Below are positions 49,165 to 62,266 of a stretch of DNA of 64,000 nucleotides, piece after piece. A program made the translations under genes and the position numbers. Under the pieces are notes generated by a model. The model made no database searches. It saw only the letters and a list, made by a program, of their open reading frames with translations, and was not told the origin of the DNA. Source of the stretch: Trichosphaerium sp. ATCC 40318 (taxonomy: Eukaryota; Protista; Tubulinea); NCBI GenBank assembly GCA_038496445.1, contig JALMLS010000453.1, positions 233,875 through 297,874 of the forward strand. The letters run 5' to 3'. How positions within the stretch are numbered: position 1 is the first letter of the stretch; each line of letters opens with the position of its first letter.

Positions 49165-49415
49165 GTTAGTGATGAAATGGTTGGAGCAGTCGTTGTAGGA
49201 GCAATAGTGTTTGAAACTAGTGCCTCAGTGGGAGAGTATCAAGCAAAGTTTATTTGGTAGTAGCGTAATGGGGAGTATCAGATGTAGAGCGTTGGTGGTG
49301 GACTTGTTGGAGATACAATTGTAGGGATTGAGTAGGTGGTGGAAGCACAATACTTGGGTTTGGATACAAGGCATACCAAAGATAGCAACATTAACAGTTG
49401 CATTTTGAGAATGCA
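49165..49415 (-). pseudogene. Degenerate relic of the last exon of the GPI-type surface gene
   Basis: Reverse complement contains GCCTTGTATCCAAACCCAAGTATTGTGC and TCAAACACTATTGCTCCTACAACGACTGCTCCAACC, matching the stalk exon but broken. Confidence 0.7.
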
Positions 49416-49852
49416 AATGATGTGATACCTAATTCTCACGGAAGTCCAATCGGCATGATCACTCTATTTTAGATTGGGTGCGATCTTGTACGACAACAAC
49501 TTTTGGTTTCATTTGGAATGGGTCCACGTAAATCGATGAGAGTAAAAATCGTGTAATTTTTTTTGTAATTCAGTTCATTGAACGAGGCTTTGATCAAGTT
49601 AAGTGCTCGTATTTTGAACCTACCTTCTGTACAGATTGTCAAGATCAGAGCGCTCCAAAAAACCGAAATAGCGTAAATCACTTCATTGAAAAGATTTATA
49701 AAGTTTATTTGGAACTAACCGCTTCTAGTAATTTTCTTGATAAGACTATGAACTTGAAAAAAAATCATATCATAGAAACAAACGTACAAGCAACAACAAC
49801 AGCTTGAACAAAGAAAACAAACAACCCTCTATATCGTAACTTAAAAACGTGC

Positions 49853-51419
49853 ATGTCAAAGAACAAGAACAACAACGATAAAACTCACATTAATCTCGTT
49901 GTAATTGGTCATGTCGATGCAGGTAAATCAACAACATGCGGTCACTTGATCTTCAAATGTGGTGGTGTCGACAAGAGAAGAATGCAAGTATTGGAACAAA
50001 AGGCAGAAGAAAAGGGCATGAAGTCATTTGCTTACGCTTTCGTCATGGACAACACTGAAGAAGAACAATCTCGCGGTGTCACAATCCAAACAACAACCAA
50101 GCAATTCTTCACGAACAACTACCACGTAAGTCACTTTTGCTTTATTACAGCGCCTCTGGAACCTTTTTTTCTGACTTTGTTGTTTAGTTTACGATCATTG
50201 ATGCTCCTGGACACCAAGATTTCATCAAGAATATGATCACTGGTACCTCCCAAGCCGACTCGGCATTGCTTGTCGTGCCAGCAACAAAGGGAGAGTTCGA
50301 AACTTCCATCTCCGCAAATGGACAAACTCGCCAACATGCTTTGCTCGCTTACACTCTTGGTGTCAAGCAATTGATTGTTGGTGTAAACAAGATGGACGCA
50401 AAGACTGTCAACTACGCTGAATCCAGATACAAGGAAATTGTCGCTGAAGTCTCAGCCTTTTTGAAAAAGTACGCTCAACAACTTTACATCCATTTAGTGT
50501 TTTTTATCCACTAACATTTTGCACAGAATTGGGTTCAACATTAAGCGTGTTCCTTTCGTTCCAATCTCTGGATTCGCTGGTGATAACATGACGGAGAAAT
50601 CAAGCAACATGTCATGGTGGAAGGGCCCAACATTGCTCGAAGCACTTGACAACTTGAAGCCTCCAAAGCGTCCTACAAACAAGCCATTGAGAATGCCAAT
50701 TCAAAGTGTCTACAAAATCAACGGTGTCGGTACTGTTGTCGCTGGACGCATCGAAGCAGGTCTTATCAAAGTCGGCCAAAAGGTGAAACTCGCACCGTCT
50801 GGTTTAACGGCTGAAGTGAGATCTATTGAGATGCACCATACCCAGATGACGCAGGCCGGTCCCGGTGACAATGTAGGTGTAAACTTGAGAGGTGTCTCTG
50901 TAAAGCAAGTAGAACGTGGTACAGTCATTGGTGAGATTGGTGCTTCAGTACCTCTTGCTGAAGTGACTGAATTCGTTGCTCAAATCATCATCATGCACCA
51001 CCCAAAGAAGATCTTTGCTGGATACAGCCCGGTCCTTGGTAAGTTCTCTTTTTAGCTTTGGCTATTTTAATACTTACGTTTCTTCTTTTCTAGACATTCA
51101 CACTGCTCATATTGCGTGCCGCTTTGCCGAACTCTTGACAAAGCTTGATCGCAAGACGAACGAAGTGACAGAAAAGAACCCTGCTTACCTCAAAAAAGGT
51201 GACTCTGCAATGGTGCGCTTGATTCCTACCAAGCCACTTTGCTGTGAAGCCTTCAAGGATATGCCTCCTCTTGGTCGTTTTGCAATCCGTGATATGAACA
51301 AGGTACCATTTCTTTTGTTTAACTACTCATTGTTGTTCCTTCACGTGCTTACTTTTTAAATCTAGACTGTGGCTGTAGGTGTCATCAAATCAGTTACCAA
51401 GAAGGTTCAAGATGCTTGA
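49853..51419 (+). CDS. EEF1A: Divergent translation elongation factor EF-1alpha with an EFL-like segment (5 exons)
   Basis: [100 protein letters not shown]. Ends SVTKKVQDA*. Confidence 0.92.
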
Positions 51420-51740
51420 AAACCCGCAACGATTACATCTCAGTGCTTTTTGCTTTGGATCGTGTTCCTCAAAGCAAAATAGATCAAATAAACCTTTTTT
51501 TAGACCCTTAAACAATAGTTCCTTTTTGTTCGACTGTCACTTACTGCACCATGTAATGTTGCCGTTTTGTAACTGTGAAGACTAGTAGTTTATCTTTACA
51601 ATACAACAATAATATTTTGGGATACTGCAATTCTAACATAAGTGTAACCAAAATAGTACTTATCTAGAATTGCATTATGAATCTTTTTTGAGGTTCTATT
51701 CATTGTATCATTCACGCGCTTACAGTTATTTTCTTTGTTT

Positions 51741-52485
51741 TTATGGACTTATGCTGTTCAAGTGGCGGTTCATTAGATATACGACTGCCTCCAGCACGTT
51801 TTCTCCAGTCTTACTTGAGCACTCAAAGTATTTTAACGATTTTTCTTTAGCTAGAGCATTGACTTCATCCACGGAAACCGTGCGGCTTGCATTACAGTCC
51901 TAAAAAAAATCATTAATCTTCGAGCTAAAAAAAAGGTCATGTGTTCACGTGTCAAAATGTCTTGGCTTACACTATGTGTACCCACTAATATAGCTGTATG
52001 ATGTTGGTAACCATGTTTAGGCCATCTTTTTAATATATACTCGTAACTTGATCTATCTATGATAGAGAAACATATCAAGAAAACAGTAGGAGAAAAAGTT
52101 GACTTTTCACAAAATCTCGCTTTGAAGTCCTTTGCCTCAGGAACACTTCTTATCATCTTGTAGAGTAATTAAACCGTTAATTTGGAAGCACAAAAGGGTG
52201 TTTACCTGTTTTTCATCCACACTACACTGAGCTTGATCTCTAAACTGCTTATTCGGTTAAAAATACATCCACGACGCATGTAGCACCTTGTTCTTGCAAA
52301 ATCTAAGGGCTATAGACGTTTTACCAATACCTTCGCCTCCAAAGAACTTGAAAAACACAGTTTTGTTCGTAGAGATCTATTTAACGAGTTTTAGGTTTAA
52401 AAAAACCGTACAGCCATACCTGGGCGTAAGTGTAGTGCTTCTTTTTCCCTGACGACCAGTGGCCCATCCTTACGAACCTTGCCAT
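51741..52485 (-). CDS. Atypical Ras-superfamily (Rho/Rab-like) small GTPase
   Basis: P-loop GGEGIGKTS, VFLICFSIIDRSSY, ILVGTH.D, YFECSSKTGENV. No DTAG and no CAAX recognisable. Confidence 0.7.
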
Positions 52486-52823
52486 CTTTACCGTTAAACA
52501 GTTAGCGAGAACTACAATTTCGCTGAATCTGTTTTATTTAGTTGTATTTTAAATACTACAATTGACTGATTGATTGACACGCTACTGATTTAACTAGTTT
52601 GTTGTTATTTCTTCTCTTACACCAAAAGATCTCGAGGTGTCCACGTGATAGTTACTTTTATTGACCGTTACATAGCTTGATTATTACATGTCACAGGTGA
52701 TAATTACAGTGTTTTGCACAAATGTGCAACTATTTTTTCAATTACATTGACAACTGATAGATTCTCTCCTCCAATCTAGTAGTGTTGCACTTGCAGAACA
52801 AGTGAATCTAACATGATTAGTTT

Positions 52824-53371
52824 TGATTTCTTTATATTTTAGGCAGGCGCTAGGCCTGTACCCTCTTTATTTTTCAAAAGAGAGCAAGAGACGTTCAACA
52901 TGCCTATGCATTCGAACAACTTCCATTGACCCAATGTTCGCGGCTAAAAAAATAGAACGTCTCTCAGTTCTTGGGTGACCGTGAAGTCATATTTCAAAGA
53001 AGTTACTTTTAATCTCTACAAACAGTTTAATGTACACCTGTTTTGATAAAAAAAGTATGGAACATACATCTCAATTATCTTGTAATCATATATTCATTGA
53101 GGTGCTTGTTGCGGGCATTTAAACTGCCGATTTTGTTTACATGTATTATCCTTATTTTTTGTCAGTTTTCTATCACCCAGAAATATTTTCCTGTTCCCTA
53201 CTGATCCTCCTTAGCTCCCTTTCAGATGTACATTACGTATAAAGACACGTTTGTAAGTCTAAAGTCGTTTGATTTCGTGCAAAAACGCTTTGAAAGTTCT
53301 GAATGATAAGAAACAGCTTTCAAACTGTTTTTCACTGAATGTGCTCACTTCACAGTACTGTCTTTGCTTTA
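52824..53371 (+). repeat. Left arm of a ~550 bp inverted repeat
   Basis: Reverse complement of 58830-59378. Confidence 0.95.
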
Positions 53372-54033
53372 TAATAATAACTTGATAACTTTACAAAGAC
53401 TACTGGCACACTGACCGTGACCCACAAGCTTGTTACAAGCTAACTAAAACAAAAACTCAAAAAATTAACATCTGTTATTATAGGTTTAGGATTGCAGTTT
53501 AGTGTTTGTGTTACACCGAGTATTATTTAATGGACATGTGCAAAAGGGTGACATCTTCTCACGTACAACGGCCATCTTGAGTACTATCTCGTGCTCTCTA
53601 CGGGTAAAAAAGTTTCAAGAACATGTTTGAAGTACTTGAAATGTCTAAAGGATGTTTCCGTTATTGGAGAATCACACCGAGGGACAAGGTTTTGACATTA
53701 CTGCTCAAAACCTTGGATACTAAGAGGTTAGTATAATATGGTAGGCATATTTTTCATCAGTACTATCATAAAACTGTTAAAACGTGGAAACATTTGGTAC
53801 ACAAAACCGATTGGAAATAACTTTGGCTCGAAAATGTATCACATAATGCAAGCTTGTAAATAAATTACTGCATGTCGACATATGACGTTCTTTCATGAAC
53901 TGACATGCAACAGGCTTAAATATTGCTTGTAGGCTAGGTATTACCTTAAATTACAGGATTTTACAATTACGTAAAAGCACGAGAATACTTAACTCAATTT
54001 TCTCCCAAACCAAAAAAACACACTCGAAGAATC

Positions 54034-56458
54034 ATGTCTTCACGTGAAGAGTCTGTAGATAGCCAAACACTAGGTTCTATTGGTGATACAAGTACAATAC
54101 TAGACAACTACAACGTAGTATTAACATTAACCCGAAGAAAGCGCTTTAAAGCGATATTTAGCCAAAGCTCGAAAAAACACGTGCCCTCTTAACCTAGGCT
54201 TTGTTTATGGCGTTTTAGATACACTCCAATTACAATCTTATTCTGTACGCGTATAAACACGCCTAGCGTTAATCACGTGATAAAATACTAATGTTGTAAA
54301 AATCTAGTCGTTTACAACAGAATCATCAAGTACTGGCGAAGATGCTCAGATCTTGCTATTCTCAGTTTTAAAATATGCCGTGGATAAGGTGCTAGAAATG
54401 TTCAGTAAAGTGGAGATGCAGACAGAAACTAAAAGCACGTTCAAAAAAAAAAAGAAGATTAATTTCAACGTTCGAAATAATTGCTACACGTTGCTCTTTT
54501 GCGCTAATCTTATTTCAAGATGTTATAAATAGATTAAAGAATAACCTGAAGGTGATAAAAGAGGAAGTAGACGACCCTACAAAGGTACAATGAGCATTGA
54601 ATGTTCTGAACTTGTTAGGTTTTTAGTTTGAAGAAATTGACATTTTAACTTATTTAACAGAACCCTGGATTAGCTACTTGTTCTCTAATGTTTATTCTGG
54701 AATGTGCTTGTAATGATATCGAAACACTTCGCGAAAAAATCACTGGCCTTGTTCGATTAGGAGATAAGTACTTAAAGGTACAAAAAAAAACCAATTAAAA
54801 CTCTTCTCCCTGACTTCGATCAAAAGTGCTCTGTATTCAAAGGCGCTGAGCAAGCTTATAAAAGAGCATCTAATATAGTATTTCAACTGGAGTATAATAC
54901 CAATACAGGTAGTAACAAAAAAAACGTTTCAATACCAAATTTATCACTAAAACTCTGAAGCTGCACTTGGACTTGAAGTGAATATGATGGCCCCCATTGG
55001 CCTAGGAAACGCGTTATTTGCTCAAGGGAAATTTACAAAAGCAGGGGAAGTACGCCTAATTTCTCCAAAAAGATCGCTAAACAGTGCTAGAGCATTTCAA
55101 GAGGGATGAAATTATTTCCTTCTTTTGTAGCGTTTGACTTTAATCTCACCACAAATTTGAACATCCCTAAAGACTGTGTTAACAAATTAGAACAAGTACT
55201 AGATGACCCATCAGGTATTCAATAAAGACATAACAAAAGTCTAGTACTCTCTATTAATTCAGTTTTTAGCTTCTGTTCAAGAGCTTGTGTTGCTTGGTTA
55301 CATGTATTACTTCACAAACAGCGCAAGTAAGGCTGGAAAGGTAAGTTGACATTGCCGTAAGTACACTGAATTAGTTAGGTATTTGGGAAATGTTTACAAG
55401 CTAATGATCCGTACAAGACCGTTGCAGAGATTTTCCTAAATGCATTGGTACACTGAGATAATTTTTACATTCATGTGAACTCTGACACTCTGTTTTAACC
55501 CAGTCCGCTCGTAAATCAAAGGCTATAGCTAGAGCTCCTGGTACATGGACTAATGGACAAGCAAGAGATATAAATGATCCAGAAGCGGTAAGAATAACAC
55601 TCTGTGTGAACTTGCGCTAACATCTGTTTTTTGTTTTGTAGTTGACAGATATTGTTCAGCGTATGCTTGATCCAGTTACAGGTGTGAGTATAGAAGATAG
55701 AGATTACCATGGTAAAACATATCCAAGTGCATTTATTGGATCAGAACTTGTAGGATGGTTAATGAAAGCACTTCAACTTACATATCGAAAAGGAGGTCAA
55801 ATCCTTGGCCAACAAATTATGGTAAGTGCTGCTTACCACACGTGTTGTTCTTTTCTAAATTATTATGACTTTATGCCTCTCATATTATTAAATAGGACAA
55901 AGGTATGTTTCAACATAGTGCAAAAGCAAGAGCATTTGATGATGGTTACTATTTCTACAAGTACGCGCGTTGTTGTAATTTACACTACGAGTTTTTTAAC
56001 AGTGGTTTCGTAGTTTCGTCAAGGCAGCCATGATTGGTGATTCAATTAAGGAAGGTTACCTGTTCAAAAAGAATACTGGAGTATTCACAAGATGGCATAA
56101 ACGTTATTTTATCCTAAAGAAGAATAGATTTGCATGGGTTTCAGACGAGGTAAGAAAACAACAAAAAACTACCTTTTATCGTATTTTGATCTCAGTTTGT
56201 ACTTAGGCTATAAGATTCATTCCAATTCATAACGGTTTTGCCTTAAACAAGGTAAAAAAAATTATATCACGTGATAAATCATTTTAATTTTGGTGTTAGC
56301 TCGGCCCAGAGAAAAAAGAATATCCTTTCGAAGTTCTCTTTGGTGCAAATGTTTTCGTACTTGCTGCAGAATCAAACAAAGACAGAGAAGATTGGTTTGA
56401 TGCACTACAACAAGTGCAATCAAAGTACCTTCGATTCAAAGACACGCGATCATTATAA
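54034..56458 (+). CDS. Multi-exon signalling protein: helical/TPR-like N-terminal region plus DEP and PH domains
   Basis: DEP: MLDPVTGVSIEDRDYHGKTYPSAFIGSELVGWL...GQQIM...FDDGYYFY. PH: IKEGYLFKK..FTRWHKRYFILK...LAAESNKDREDWFDALQ. TPR-like IGLGNALFAQGKFTKA. Confidence 0.8.
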
Positions 56459-56608
56459 AGAACATACTGGACCGTACTCTATGCGAACAACAAAAAAAAG
56501 AAAACTGACTGATTTGTTTTTTCACGTAATCTACTTACGTTGACTTTTCCGGCAATAACTGAGTTTGTGTAACTTTAATTAAAAATATACTGTTAGAAAA
56601 TAACAACA

Positions 56609-58152
56609 ATGTCTTACGGAGGTTATAATCCAGGTTCATACCCACAACCGCAGAGAACGCAAAGTTATGCGTCAAATCCACAACAAACACCAAGTTACAG
56701 AGCACCACAACAGGCACCTAGTTATGCCGCTGCGCCTCAGCAAAGTTATGGAGCACCACAACAAACGCCAAGTTATGCTGCACCGCAACAATCACCTAGT
56801 TACACACCAAGCTACTCATCGCGTCCAGCTCCTGGAACAACGTATCCTCCACAACATCCCGGCCATACCCCGTCTTATTCATCACAACCGTCATATACAC
56901 CACAAGCTCCAGCCCCAGCGCCATCACAGCAATCTTGGGTACATCATTTAACGTTTTCCTAACTTTCTAGGGTTTAAAGTAATTAATTTAGCGCTAACCG
57001 CCAGTTTAGACCCAAGATCTGTACCGCCAGCTTTCACCACAACAAATACAAACATTACAAGCATGGTGCGTTTTGGAATTACGAAAATCGCACTATAAAT
57101 CATCATAAACGACTCTTCGCTAGTCAATAGTGCATTTTATTAGGTGCATACACATTTAACGAAACTAACCATTGTTTGAAGGTTTAATAGTGTAGATCGG
57201 GATCGCAGTGGTACAATAGAAGTACACGAACTACAACAAGGTAAAATATAAATCAAACAAGCTATTTGTCCGCGTATTTCATCAAACGCCCTAAAAACCC
57301 ACATTGATGACTGGTTTCGTTACTTCAAACTCAAACAAACCAGTATTGCCTTTTTTGACTTAACCGCCATTGTAAACTCTTGTTAACGCTGTTAGTTACG
57401 TTCAATGGCGTTCAGCTTGGTACTGTAGCTGCTGCAAAGCTCGTTAAAGTATTTGACAAGGATAGAAATGGTGCAATAGACTTTCCAGTACGTGTTGTAA
57501 AACAGAATGCTTTTCTTACAGAACAGTTGTTCTTGCACGTTCGTTTGCTTATGCTACTTGTAGGAGTATGCTTCTATGCATCAATTCATAAACAGGATGC
57601 GTACAGCCTTTATTACAGCGGATGCGGATCGTTCCGGTAGGATTGAAGCAAGAGAGATTCATTCCGCTTTGAACAATGTGAGTTTTGTTTGTTTTTTTTT
57701 CTTTACAGTTTGTTGGTCATAGACAGCCTGTTTCTTCAAATCCACTTTGTAAGAAAACCACAATTTTATTTTTTTCTATACACGTGTTTTGTGCTGATGT
57801 ATTCGAAGAAATTGATGACAAGTCAAGTTTTGAGTGTTTTTGTTAATTTTTTTTTGTAGGCTGGTTTTGGATTTGTTACGCTTGATACTACTCTTGAATT
57901 ACTTCATAAATATGATACATCTCGTACAGGATTATCTTGGAATGAATTCTTAATGGTAAGGTTATTTTTTGAACATTCTACTGACAGTACCATTCTCATT
58001 TTTTTCTCGCTTTCTGTTTTAACACTTTTATCTAGTTTGCGGCGCATATTGCACACTGTAGATCAATGTTTGAGTATAATGACAAGAATAGAAGTGGTTG
58101 GATAACTATTAATATGAACCAGTTAATACAATTGACATCATACCTCTCGTAA
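56609..58152 (+). CDS. Penta-EF-hand protein (ALG-2/peflin family) with a Pro/Gln/Tyr-rich N-terminus
   Basis: QQTPSY-type repeats; WFNSVDRDRSGTIEVHEL, FDKDRNGAIDFPE, ADADRSGRIEARE, DKNRSGWITINMNQL. Confidence 0.88.
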
Positions 58153-58829
58153 GTCAAAACAAGCAAAAAAAAAAACCGTAAAAAAAAAAAAGAATAGTAA
58201 ATTAGAACAATTGTACAAGCATCTACTCCTTCCTTTATTTCTTGTTTGTTAAATTCTCAAAAATAAAAGCGTCACGTGTATATATTAGTATCGTTAGCAA
58301 TTATTTACTGCTGGTAGGGGAGCATAAACTCTGTACCACGTTGTACGAACTGATGCGAAAAAGTTAGCGGTCTAGTTGCTTCGTTCATGCACACTAAGAA
58401 AAGTTCAATGGGGTTTGTAGGATGCTTGTAATAAAAGAGTTCAGACATGCTTTAGTGAGTTGAGGGAGTGGACTTGGATTTCTAACAAGTATGGTAGGAC
58501 ATAAAACAAGTTCATGTAAAGAACAAGGGTAGAGGTTCATGTGTATTCAATTGGTGATTCTCCAAGGTTTTATGCACCCTTAGAGTTTTTACTCAGACAT
58601 GCCCAGACTTTTGTTTTGAAGTTGGTAAAGCATAATAGACCCAATGAATTTCTAGTAATGGATCGAATTACAAATTATTGCTAAACAGTGTTTCAATTAT
58701 TTTCATTTGCCTGTTCAGTGTCGTGTCGTTTTAACTTATAACAATTTGGGTCACGTGTAGTCCTTGCATAGTCAGTGTCTTTGTTATAAAACCTTCTCAG
58801 GTAGCTTTTATTATAAAGCCAGAGAAGTT

Positions 58830-59378
58830 TAAAGCAAAGACAGTACTGTGAAGTGAGTACATTCAGTGAAAAACAGTTCAAAAGCTGTTTCTTATCATTC
58901 AGAACTTTCAAAGCGTTTTTGCACGAAATAACGACTTTAGACTTACAAACGTGTCTGAATATACGTAATACGCACCTGAAAGGGAGGTAAGGAGGATCAA
59001 TAGGGAACAGGAAAATATTTCTGGGTGATAGAAAACTGACAAAAATTAAGGATGATACATGTCAACAAAATCTGCCGTTTTAAATGCCTACAATAAACAC
59101 CTCAATGAATATATGATTACAAGATAATTGAGATGTATGTTCCATACTTTTTTTATCAAAACAGGTGTACATTAAACTGTTTGTAGAGATTAAAAGTAAC
59201 TTCTTTGAAATATGACTTCACGGTCACCCAAGAACTGAGAGACGTTCTATTTTTTTAGCCGCGAACATTGGGTCAATGGAAGTTGTTCGAATGCATAGGC
59301 ATGTTGAACGTCTCTTGCTCTCTTTTGAAAAATAAAGAGGGTACAGGCCTAGCGCCTGCCTATAATATAAAGAAATCA
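58830..59378 (-). repeat. Right arm of the ~550 bp inverted repeat
   Basis: Reverse complement of 52824-53371. Confidence 0.95.
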
Positions 59379-59529
59379 CAGCTTAAATCAAATGACATCT
59401 CCTTTCTTTGTCAACTACAGCTATGGCAGCAATGCCAACAAACTCAAGCGGTAACTCTTCAGTAAAAATTCGTTTACGATAGCATAACCTTGACCACTAT
59501 AAGCATTCGTCAAAATAAGAAAGTTAATT

Positions 59530-60320
59530 AATCCTTGCGTTCGAAATCAATAGAATTCTTGATAGCACTTTTTGGGAAGTTTCTCTTTATTTTTGTCTAC
59601 AAACGAGTTTGTATCTGTACTGCTTAATAATGTGGTTCAATAAATCTAAGTTTTTAAATTTCTAAAAAGTAACGAACATGTAACTGCAAAACTGGCCCAA
59701 TTAGCGGCTGAGAAGTTTAAACAACAGCCTCTCATTGATATGTATTTGGTTTGCAGTCTCTTTCCCATCTCCTTCGTTTTCAATTACACATTTACATTAT
59801 GGAGATGATCCAGAAAGATCACATGTTGCTTGAGCGTAATCCTTCATGTGACACATTGGCAAGTTTGAACACATTTCGCCGCTTACAAAAGCACCACAAA
59901 CATATCCGAGACATTCAATAACACCACCACAATCGATATTTCTTGTTGTACAAGTTCATCGCATTCCTAGGTGTGAGTGGGTCAGGTCTAATACGACTTT
60001 GTGCTAATCGAAAACGACCGAAAGGTTTTGGTTGATCCGTACAGATTTTCACATTCTTGGCCTGCTGGGCAAGCAAGAGTAGTTCCACATCAAACCACAA
60101 GCCAGAACAAGTGTTGGTTGGAGTACACTCACAAACTTTACAAGGGGTACGTCCTTACAGCATACGAAAGGTTTCTACCTTCAGAAGAACACTTGTTAGA
60201 TCAGCAAGAAATATCTTCACTCTGTTAAATAGCCAATTCTATCCTACCAGATGCGTATTAATAAGAAGACAACAGGGAAAGAACAAACTGACCCATTGTT
60301 TCGTTTGTATGTACACAAGC
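59530..60320 (-). pseudogene. Fifth, heavily degraded fragment of the metalloprotease gene (Cys-rich/EGF exons)
   Basis: Matches ~4030-4800 in the same orientation (AAATCAATAGAATTCT, CCATCTCCTTCG, CATGTGACACATTGG.AAGTTTGAACACATTTC, TTTTCACATTCTTGGCCTGC, TCTACCTTCAGAAGA) with many frameshifts. Confidence 0.85.
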
Positions 60321-61455
60321 AAAGATAATAACTTGTTGGGCGTTTAAATCGGTTTTTTAGCTCGGTCTATAATGATCACATGGTGTAGCTTTTGCTGGTA
60401 AGGATATTGATCTTTTCTCTCCACATTGTGTCATTCAGCAAAAACCCGATATCAGGTTAATGCAGCTAGAAGTTCCATGCTGTGCATAGTCTTAAGTTTT
60501 TCAAATCACGTGTTGACGCAAAGCGCCAATAAAATGTTGGTTGGTTCACATACAGCGAAGTAGGTTCAACTCACAATGGAAGTACCAAAGGAAAAACTGG
60601 CGCTACAATACCAACAGTAGGAGAATGCGGCTGTGTCTAGCGTGCCCTTTTTTTGTAGTATTACAATAACATAACGTGAAATCTAGTGAAGTGATACAAA
60701 CATTTTCAGGTAGCAACAGGCTAGACATCCGTCTAAAAATAAATTCTAGTTCGCTCGAAATACTTCATTTGGGAAAAAAAAATCTCAGTCTCAGACTACA
60801 CAGAAGCGAATTAAATATACTGAAGATAAAGCTACAAAAAAATTATTCTATTATCTAATGATTAAATATTAGCCTTGTACGTTGACGCGTGAACATAAAA
60901 GCAATTGGGCAAAAAAACTAAAACGCCACCAAAAAACGTACCTACGACTGATACATGGGCTATTGACGCACAAACACTGAAAGATAGTTTCATACCCGAG
61001 CGGAGAAATATTATTCAAATCACGCCACGTCGTATTTTTTGAAAGTTGGAAAATCTCGCTTAAACACGTGATTTTCACGCCACCTTTTTGGGGGTTGTTG
61101 GTTAGTCTAGTTTATATAAGTGTGTCTTTCGCTGTTGTGGTTGAATGCATCATTTACGAAGCCAATTCACAATGGACATTTTCTCAGACTGGCGCGTGCA
61201 GTACAAGCTTAAAAACCTGTTTTACAACATTAAGACCTCACTTTGTATTCACTTAGTCTGTGGTGGGGAGACAACGTTATATAGAACTGAAAACCTATGA
61301 ATCAGTTATCGCTAGTACTTTCTTTCACTGGTATTATCCTTACTTGCGTTGTATTCTTTCGTACGGTAACAATAGCAATTGAAAATAGGACCCGATGTTG
61401 AATTTACTCTTTAATGTAGTGCCGAGAAACTAGTACTCCTTGTATAGATGATTGT

Positions 61456-61869
61456 ATGGCTATCCTTGCTTCTGGTGCTTCTAGTGCGCAAAGAATAACA
61501 ATTCGCAACATGTGCGTTGTAGCTTGTAGCCAAGACCAAACAGATAAGCCTACAGATACGCTGACATATCAACCAAACGATGTGGTAACATCTGAAGACT
61601 CAGATATCAACTGGTTCGTCAGATGCCGACACAACTTCCAAGCGTGTTTTAAATCAAGTACTGTTGATGGTAGAAAGCAATGTTTGCGCGATTTTAAAGA
61701 TTGCCAAAAAGACTGTGACTCAAAATCAGCGCCACATCATACCTCAGACCCTGCACTACAACATACTTGTACTAAAGAGTACAATGATTGTAACGAAAAT
61801 GGTGAAGATCTTCAAGAATGTAGGGACGCCCTGCAAACGTGTCATTCAGATCAGCGTGATACGTTATAG
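61456..61869 (+). CDS. Cys-rich helical-repeat protein, last exon (upstream exons unresolved)
   Basis: Repeats of C...(F/Y)..C: CRHNFQAC, CLRDFKDCQKDC, CTKEYNDC, CRDALQTC. Confidence 0.5.
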   Translation: MAILASGASSAQRITIRNMCVVACSQDQTDKPTDTLTYQPNDVVTSEDSDINWFVRCRHNFQACFKSSTVDGRKQCLRDFKDCQKDCDSKSAPHHTSDPALQHTCTKEYNDCNENGEDLQECRDALQTCHSDQRDTL

Positions 61870-62266
61870 CGTCAGCCAACCAAAGGGTATCTGAGAAATG
61901 ATAATGGAGTTTAATCGATGCTACGAAATGGGATTGCGTTTGAGAGCGTGCCTAATATTGCTCGTTATTTTTTTTTGTATCATAAATAAACTAACACGTG
62001 TTTATTATTGTCTACCAGAATCGCATTTTATTTTTGTATCAGTCAAGTTTGTGTTAGATTGCTTTTTACCATTTTTAGCGGATATGGGAAGAATTGGCAT
62101 ACTACTCTTGCGTTCTCCTTCTTGCTTACTTTATGATGTACTACCGTTGTTATCGTTCTATTTGATTGCATTCATTCAATAGCCACTTACATAGCTCACT
62201 GCGTCACTTAAGGGAAGAAAAGTGACTATTTTTATTGTAACTTTGGTTTATAAGTTCAATCACGTG

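Noticed and set aside
49853-51419. Calling the gene a true EFL, HBS1 or eRF3
   Set aside because: It lacks EFL-specific insertions and any N-terminal extension; most diagnostic positions are EF-1alpha-like.
52824-59378. Definite Mutator/Pack-MULE transposon
   Set aside because: No TSD or sharp terminus seen and no transposase; kept only as an inverted-repeat finding.
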